Shown here piece by piece: positions 30,512 to 35,759 of a stretch of 35,759 bases of DNA. This DNA comes from a virus (Duplodnaviria; Caudoviricetes). The DNA lies in IMG/VR virus record IMGVR_UViG_3300012953_003199, positions 1 to 35,759 of that record; one strand, 5' to 3'. Made by a program: the position numbers and the translations under genes. Position 1 is the stretch's first letter. Each line of letters starts with the position of its first letter. The notes beneath the pieces are model-generated. The model was given only the letters and a program-made list of their open reading frames with translations, was not told the DNA's origin and made no database searches.

Positions 30512-32545
30512 TTAGAAACAACTAGAAGTATTTGTTGTGCCAGAGTTATCAATATTAGGAACAGTAATAGTAACTGGTGTCTGATTGAAAACTGTTGGTG
30601 TCAAACTATTTAGAGGTATAGTACCAGGAGGTGTAGTACCAATTGGAGCAACAGTGATTTCTGGGTTAACAATATTAATAACGGTACCAGGCGTAGATGC
30701 TGGAATTGTTGAGTTGTTTGAAGGGATGAACAGCACGGGAATTTGTAATTCGTTTGGTAATAGGGTTAGATCAATAATGCTTCCTACACCAGTTGTAGCA
30801 TCAGTTAATGATATGTTAGTTAGATCAGGTACATTACCTCCTGCACCAACTACATTAACAGGTCCGAAACATATCTCTCCTGTAGAATAGTTAACTGAAC
30901 CAGCATTCTCATTAGTGTAAACTTTCTTATTACCAGTGTTATAGAAGGTTCTTAACTTACCAAATCCATCATCTTCAAATTGTTGATCTATACCAGGTCT
31001 ATCAGCAGTTCTAAAGGTTCCTGATAAAACAACAGGTTCTTTCTTACAAGCACCATTAGATCCACCATCATTACTTGGAGCACTATCATATAAAGTACCA
31101 CCAGTTGAAACACAATATGTGTTGGTAGAATTGGCATTTGGTTTGATATATTTCAGAATTGTAGTCTGTAGTGAAACGTCACTTATACACTTATCTGATA
31201 TAACAATTGCTTTTTCAAAGTTCTGACTTCTAAACGTAGAATTAAAGTTATTAATCTGTGTCTGAGTAGCCCAATCAGTAATAGCATTCTGTACATTAGT
31301 CTTAATATCTGATGTACTAGAACCGCAACCAGTATCATATAAAGCAAATATCTTGTTATAGATGTAGATTTCATCAGGATCAACGACAACAGGGTCGATT
31401 GATGCCATAGCATATTTTCTTAAATCTGCTTCAATTTCTTTTTTAGTTTGATCGTTAAGTAATGATCCTGTCTTAGTTTTAATTGCAATGTAAACTTTAC
31501 CGTAAATTGGAGGATTTAAAGCATCTCCACCGTATGCAACAACAGAATCAGCATTAGAATAAACTTTCTTAGTAATAACAGCATAATCTTGTGCTGTTAC
31601 TGCTCTATACTGTGCAGAATAGTATCTTGGAGCATTATATTTGATAGATTCTGGAGACTCTGCCCCAGATCCCAGTTGTGACCTGTCTTTTACAGTAGTT
31701 GCTACAGCACCAGCATTATACCCTAATCCTAAGTTATCGGTCATCTTTCCAACGAAAGAGAACCCAGTTATTTCATTTGCCTCATCACCAGAGGTTACAA
31801 GGTACTCAAGAACAACAACTTCTCCATCCTTAACCTTTCTACCAACACTATCATCACCAAACCTTATCTCATACCTCATATCCTCGCCTTCAGCAAGGAA
31901 GAAAACCCTTGTGCTAGCAGTTAGGTTAGTAATAGTATCAACTTGGTTATAGAGGTCAGAAGCAGTCGCAGATTCGTTCGCTTTAACTCTAACCTTCAAA
32001 GTATCGATATCAGCGTCTTCAGAAGGAATTTTGTATATTTGACTTGCGAAGGTATTAACAACATAGTTAAAGTTAACTATAGTGCCTTCATAAATCATCA
32101 AATTATCAAATTCTGCAATTCCAGTAGTAGTATTAACAACTACAGTAGTATCTTGAAGAATATTCCAAAGATAGTTACCACCAGTTGCAACAACACCCTT
32201 TCCTAAGGTTATACTACTTGGATAAGCACCATTTGTTTGTTCAGTTTGTACAATAAGTTTTAGACACGCCTTTGATGATGTAACTGACTTAGGGACATAA
32301 TTTAACAGTTTAGCAATATTAACAATATTATCTCTAACAGTAGCAGAAGGCAAAAACGCCTCATTCATTGCCATGTTAGCATTAAATGATGTATAATAAG
32401 TGTTATACGCTAAAGTATCAATCAAATAAGACAGACCAGATCCGTCAAAGTCATAATCAGTAAATTCTTTTCGAGTCCTTAAATATGACTTAATTGAAGA
32501 TTTAACATCTTCAAAATCTAATGCTGTTAAATTATTCGGTTGCAT
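30512..32545 (-). CDS. gp6: Baseplate wedge subunit gp6
   Basis: Motifs LDFEDVKSSIKSYL..FTDYDFDGSGLSYLIDTLAYNTYY..NEAFL.SA, YEIRFGD, ESIKYNAP and RAVTAQDY. Follows gp25. Confidence 0.95.
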   Translation of the reverse strand: MQPNNLTALDFEDVKSSIKSYLRTRKEFTDYDFDGSGLSYLIDTLAYNTYYTSFNANMAMNEAFLPSATVRDNIVNIAKLLNYVPKSVTSSKACLKLIVQTEQTNGAYPSSITLGKGVVATGGNYLWNILQDTTVVVNTTTGIAEFDNLMIYEGTIVNFNYVVNTFASQIYKIPSEDADIDTLKVRVKANESATASDLYNQVDTITNLTASTRVFFLAEGEDMRYEIRFGDDSVGRKVKDGEVVVLEYLVTSGDEANEITGFSFVGKMTDNLGLGYNAGAVATTVKDRSQLGSGAESPESIKYNAPRYYSAQYRAVTAQDYAVITKKVYSNADSVVAYGGDALNPPIYGKVYIAIKTKTGSLLNDQTKKEIEADLRKYAMASIDPVVVDPDEIYIYNKIFALYDTGCGSSTSDIKTNVQNAITDWATQTQINNFNSTFRSQNFEKAIVISDKCISDVSLQTTILKYIKPNANSTNTYCVSTGGTLYDSAPSNDGGSNGACKKEPVVLSGTFRTADRPGIDQQFEDDGFGKLRTFYNTGNKKVYTNENAGSVNYSTGEICFGPVNVVGAGGNVPDLTNISLTDATTGVGSIIDLTLLPNELQIPVLFIPSNNSTIPASTPGTVINIVNPEITVAPIGTTPPGTIPLNSLTPTVFNQTPVTITVPNIDNSGTTNTSSCF

Positions 32546-32964
32546 TACTCAGGTCTCTGTAGGACAAAGGAAAATGATTCAGTAATTGGTTGACCAACTA
32601 CTTGGTATACTATAGTAATATTAAGCATATTACGATTATGAATGGGTTGAACTTGGACATCTTCCAACCTTACCCTAGATTCAAACTGGTTAATTGTATT
32701 TATTATCTCTTCCTGTAAAGCGTCAGCTGTAAAGGGATCTAATGGTTCAAATAATAAATCATTTACCCGTGATCCAACTAAAGGTTGAAACGGTTTCTCA
32801 CCAGGTGTTGTCAGAACTAAATTCTTAATTGCCGATTTAATTGAATTATCATTTTTCACCGCATTAATATCATCGGTAAACGGATTCTTACCAAATGCCA
32901 TAGCAATATCCTTAAATGCCCGTGAGGTTCTTTGATCTTTAGATCCAACCGACTTTAATGCCAT
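32545..32964 (-). CDS. gp25: Baseplate wedge subunit gp25 (gpW/gp25 family)
   Basis: IKSAIKNLVLTTPGEKPFQPLVGS...LFEPL...INQFESRV. 139 aa, with a TAATG overlap onto gp6. Confidence 0.93.
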   Translation of the reverse strand: MALKSVGSKDQRTSRAFKDIAMAFGKNPFTDDINAVKNDNSIKSAIKNLVLTTPGEKPFQPLVGSRVNDLLFEPLDPFTADALQEEIINTINQFESRVRLEDVQVQPIHNRNMLNITIVYQVVGQPITESFSFVLQRPE

Positions 32965-33248
32965 TATACCTTATAAAATGTATATTTCAAAAACAGTTCT
33001 TCCATAGGTGCAACTGATTTGATAACCTTTACATAATATTTATCGTCTACTTGGAACTTTTCGCAATTAGGAGAATCAGAGTGATTTATAAACCCTCCTA
33101 ATGGTGTCCGAAATATTTCTTCACCTATAATAAGGTGAGATAGACCCAATTGTGTACCAACTAAAAGACTCTTCTTTGTGAAGATGCCTTGACCAGCAAT
33201 AGGACTGTTTGCGATAAACAGTCCCTCTGGTAATGCCCTATAAGTCAC
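32964..33248 (-). CDS. Minimal SET-domain protein (putative lysine methyltransferase), GTG start
   Basis: The three SET signature motifs are present: SPIAGQGIF (GxG), GFINHSDSPNC (NHS) and EELFLKY (ELxxxY). Confidence 0.85.
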   Translation of the reverse strand: MTYRALPEGLFIANSPIAGQGIFTKKSLLVGTQLGLSHLIIGEEIFRTPLGGFINHSDSPNCEKFQVDDKYYVKVIKSVAPMEELFLKYTFYKV

Positions 33249-33270
33249 ATTTACATAGTATAGCTGATAC

Positions 33271-33277
33271 TATTTAG
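33271..33277 (-). promoter_or_regulatory. Possible late promoter variant CTAAATA upstream of SET/gp25
   Basis: CTAAATA in the 30-bp intergenic gap, 22 nt before the GTG. It is one mismatch from ATAAATA. Confidence 0.45.
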
Positions 33278-33278
33278 T

Positions 33279-33857
33279 CTATGAGTATGATTCCTCATAC
33301 GCTTTTTGCTTTTTTAGTGCTTCTTGATGCACTCCCCACATCTCTTTAAAGAGTAGTGTAGCAAATTCATAAGCAGTTTCTACTTCACGTTGCATACCAT
33401 CATTTAATTTTCCACGGATCTTTGTTATCAATTCACCAGGATTATTAAACTCAAACATTTTACCAGATCCAGGTACTCTTGCTTTTAACTGCTGACCACC
33501 CATAAGGTCTCCCATATGCCTTGTATAGCAGTGTGCCCAGACTCGCTCTGGTTCATGCCTTAATCCATCTAAGTACGCTCTATAGGCGTGTACAGAGTCC
33601 AATACAGTAGGAGGTTCAGATCCAGTCCATAACTCATCAAAATCCTGTTGTATTTGAGGTGCTCTTAACAAATCTGGTAGATCGTTTAAAACACCACCTG
33701 ACATTCCAATATCTTCTAATGTTTGATATATCAACCAAAGTTGGTACAAATAAGTTGCATATGTCTCATGAGGACAACGACCACTGAATAGTATGCCAAC
33801 AAAGGGTTGATTCTCTGCTTGCTTATGATGTGCTTGTGTTAATTCCTTTAAACTCAT
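33279..33857 (-). CDS. ho1: Heme oxygenase (phage Ho1-like, biliverdin-producing)
   Basis: Proximal His motif LKELT..HHKQAE, YLYQLWLIYQTLE, and distal helix AHCYTRHMGDLMGGQQL (canonical HxYTRYLGDLSGGQ). 192 aa. Confidence 0.92.
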   Translation of the reverse strand: MSLKELTQAHHKQAENQPFVGILFSGRCPHETYATYLYQLWLIYQTLEDIGMSGGVLNDLPDLLRAPQIQQDFDELWTGSEPPTVLDSVHAYRAYLDGLRHEPERVWAHCYTRHMGDLMGGQQLKARVPGSGKMFEFNNPGELITKIRGKLNDGMQREVETAYEFATLLFKEMWGVHQEALKKQKAYEESYS

Positions 33858-33997
33858 TATCCTTGCCCCCTTGTACGTTTTTTCGCATGATTTCGACTGG
33901 TTGCGGAATATTTAGTATGTTTTCCACTCCCCTGCCGTGTTTTCTTGGGTTTTGCCTCCACAAAGGTGTCGGGATTCCAATTTACTGATTTTGCCAT
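33857..33997 (-). CDS. Small, highly basic 46-aa protein (not in the ORF track)
   Basis: ATG at 33997 gives MAKSVNWNPDTFVEAKPKKTRQGSGKHTKYSATSRNHAKKRTRGQG*. It fills the gap exactly, and its TAA overlaps the ho1 ATG (TAATG). Confidence 0.8.
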   Translation of the reverse strand: MAKSVNWNPDTFVEAKPKKTRQGSGKHTKYSATSRNHAKKRTRGQG

Positions 33998-34005
33998 AAT
34001 TTAGG

Positions 34006-34557
34006 TTATTTTCCTACGTATACATTTGGACTAGCTGTTGCGACTAACGACGTGCATGGAAATGCAGGTGATTGATCGCCTAATGGATCTGCCATTCTAC
34101 CTAAACGGAGTTTTTGAACAAAAACCGTTGCTGTAGTCGCCATTAATTTGCGAGCATGACCGACTGCTGCTTCTCTACCACCTGCAGTACCAATAGTACA
34201 ATGCCATGCTGGTGTACTTACAGTACAAAAACACTTAAATCCTACGGAAGTAGTTGTGTGTTGTACTGGAGTTGGATGGGGAACAAGCAAATCCTGATCA
34301 CATATAGGCATTTTACCATTAATGATCACAGTACGCAAGTACGGTCCAGCAGGTGCTTGAGCAGTAGGTGGCCATATAGTAGTTGCGTTCATTGCTTGAA
34401 CGGGTTTTGGCACTACTGCTGGTGTTAGAGATGGATGAGGACACGGACTAAGTGTACCACCACCCAATCCAGGATGGTGTGACGATCCGCAACCTACTCC
34501 ATGTCCACTGCAGACTCCCATATAAAGAGCTGCTCCTAAAGGTGCTCCTGCTGGCAT
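34006..34557 (-). CDS. PAAR / gp5.4-like spike-tip protein, extended
   Basis: PAAR-like segments CSGHG, TVIINGKMPICDQDLLVPH, GHAR...TVFVQKLRLGRMADPLG and C-terminal C...VATASPNVYVG. Confidence 0.7.
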   Translation of the reverse strand: MPAGAPLGAALYMGVCSGHGVGCGSSHHPGLGGGTLSPCPHPSLTPAVVPKPVQAMNATTIWPPTAQAPAGPYLRTVIINGKMPICDQDLLVPHPTPVQHTTTSVGFKCFCTVSTPAWHCTIGTAGGREAAVGHARKLMATTATVFVQKLRLGRMADPLGDQSPAFPCTSLVATASPNVYVGK

Positions 34558-34559
34558 AA

Positions 34560-35759
34560 TTATTGACTATAAGGGTTTCCGTATGCTGCTGTAGCTTGTG
34601 CTACTTGTAATGCAGCTGCAGTTAGGTCGTTATACATGTCGAATTTACCATTCGCAGTCCATGATTTGCATCCTTCACCCATAAGACCTGACATAGTATA
34701 TGTAGTCGTAGTCGTAATACCAGTTTCAGGATCAGTACTTGAACTTCCAGTTTGAGCTGCAGGAGCAGTACAACTAAAGTGAGTACATCCCGCAGTTACG
34801 GGAGTAGATGCTAATGTTACGTTAATTGTAGTTTTTCTCTTCGGATCTGGTCTATATTGGCGGAGCATATACTTTGTATACTCTGAAGCATGCGGTAATT
34901 CACTTGTTGGACCTTGAACAGTCTCTACAAGCATCTCATTACGCACATCATACTTGATTGCTACGTCCTGTGTGATGTCATCTACGTTCTTTTTACGTTC
35001 TGCTATCTCTCTTTCTCTATCATTTATCCAAAGATCCTTATTTGCACGTGGAATATCGATATCATTAAGATATTTGTAGTCATTTGTGTGCACTGTTGCG
35101 TCTCTATATGGTTGTGTAGCACCTGCAGTGAATCTTGCTTGCGGTAATGTACTAACTCTATTGCGATTTGGGTCTTCTTTTACCCTAAATGTATCATCTG
35201 GAACCTTATATTTGAATTCTTCGGGTGTTTTTTCGATATTTTCGACCATAGATGCTCTTTCTTCTGCTGTAACAGATGGAATTCCCTCTCCTGTTGGTAA
35301 ACTGTCTACAATTGTCTCACTATCACCTCTCCACTCCTTAACACCTGCCATATGTTTAACAACTACGGACTCTCTTTTCTCATCATTCTTAACTGCGAAC
35401 GTTGGAGGGTTCTCTGTACTGTATCCAGATCCTGCATTATCAACTTTTACTGCTGTTAAAACACCATTTGTAAATTCTGCCTTAAGTGTTGCCTGAGTTC
35501 CAGACTCAACTAAAGGTGGTGTAACAATTAATTCTGGTTCTCTTCCTTGTATATTATTTGGAATCCAACCTGTTCCTCCATCAACTATAGAAACTGCTGA
35601 AATGCGTCCATTTGTTAAAGTTGGAGTGATTATTGGTTGTTTTAGCGTCGAAAACACCTCTGGAGCGTTTTTATCTACGTCTGCGATGCAATATTGGATA
35701 CTTTTGTTCAAGAATTCGTATTTTCCGACTAAAATTGCCCTATCTGCTATACCTTTACC
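34560..35759 (-). CDS. Putative virion structural protein, 5'-truncated by the window edge
   Basis: The frame is open from the window end (GKGIADRAILVGKYEFLNKS...), so the track's TTG start at 35711 is probably not the real start. Contains GxGW/GxGY repeats like those of neighbouring baseplate proteins. Confidence 0.6.
   Translation of the reverse strand, partial: GKGIADRAILVGKYEFLNKSIQYCIADVDKNAPEVFSTLKQPIITPTLTNGRISAVSIVDGGTGWIPNNIQGREPELIVTPPLVESGTQATLKAEFTNGVLTAVKVDNAGSGYSTENPPTFAVKNDEKRESVVVKHMAGVKEWRGDSETIVDSLPTGEGIPSVTAEERASMVENIEKTPEEFKYKVPDDTFRVKEDPNRNRVSTLPQARFTAGATQPYRDATVHTNDYKYLNDIDIPRANKDLWINDREREIAERKKNVDDITQDVAIKYDVRNEMLVETVQGPTSELPHASEYTKYMLRQYRPDPKRKTTINVTLASTPVTAGCTHFSCTAPAAQTGSSSTDPETGITTTTTYTMSGLMGEGCKSWTANGKFDMYNDLTAAALQVAQATAAYGNPYSQ

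Noticed and set aside
33258-33270. GTA...TAC palindrome as an NtcA site
   Set aside because: The spacer is 7 nt (GTA-N7-TAC), whereas NtcA needs N8.
187-35496. Numerous short plus-strand and alternate-frame ORFs in the ORF track
   Set aside because: They lie antisense to or inside long, motif-supported minus-strand genes and show no recognisable motifs. They are shadows of biased codon usage.
35709-35711. TTG start given by the ORF track for the last gene
   Set aside because: The frame stays open for 16 more codons to the window edge, so the true start is probably outside the window.

Overview
AT-rich window of a T4-like myovirus genome, most likely a marine cyanophage. All real genes are on the minus strand and form a late structural (baseplate) module. 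In transcription order: a truncated virion-type protein, an extended PAAR/gp5.4-like protein, a 46-aa basic peptide missed by the ORF track, heme oxygenase, a minimal SET-domain protein, gp25, gp6, a giant 7938-aa gp7-like protein, a gp9/gp10-N fibre with a cupredoxin-like tip, a 1422-aa YHYH/cupredoxin structural protein, and gp8 (truncated, missed by the ORF track). Two features of the giant protein stand out. (1) It carries 3-4 helical repeats that align by eye with phycobiliprotein subunits, including Cys at the bilin-attachment positions, and heme oxygenase lies in the same gene block; this suggests a possibly bilin-pigmented virion. (2) It contains 18 copies of a ~100-aa beta domain that are recursively inserted inside one another (balanced nesting, depth 7) rather than arranged in tandem. 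All assignments come from reading motifs by eye; no searches were run.
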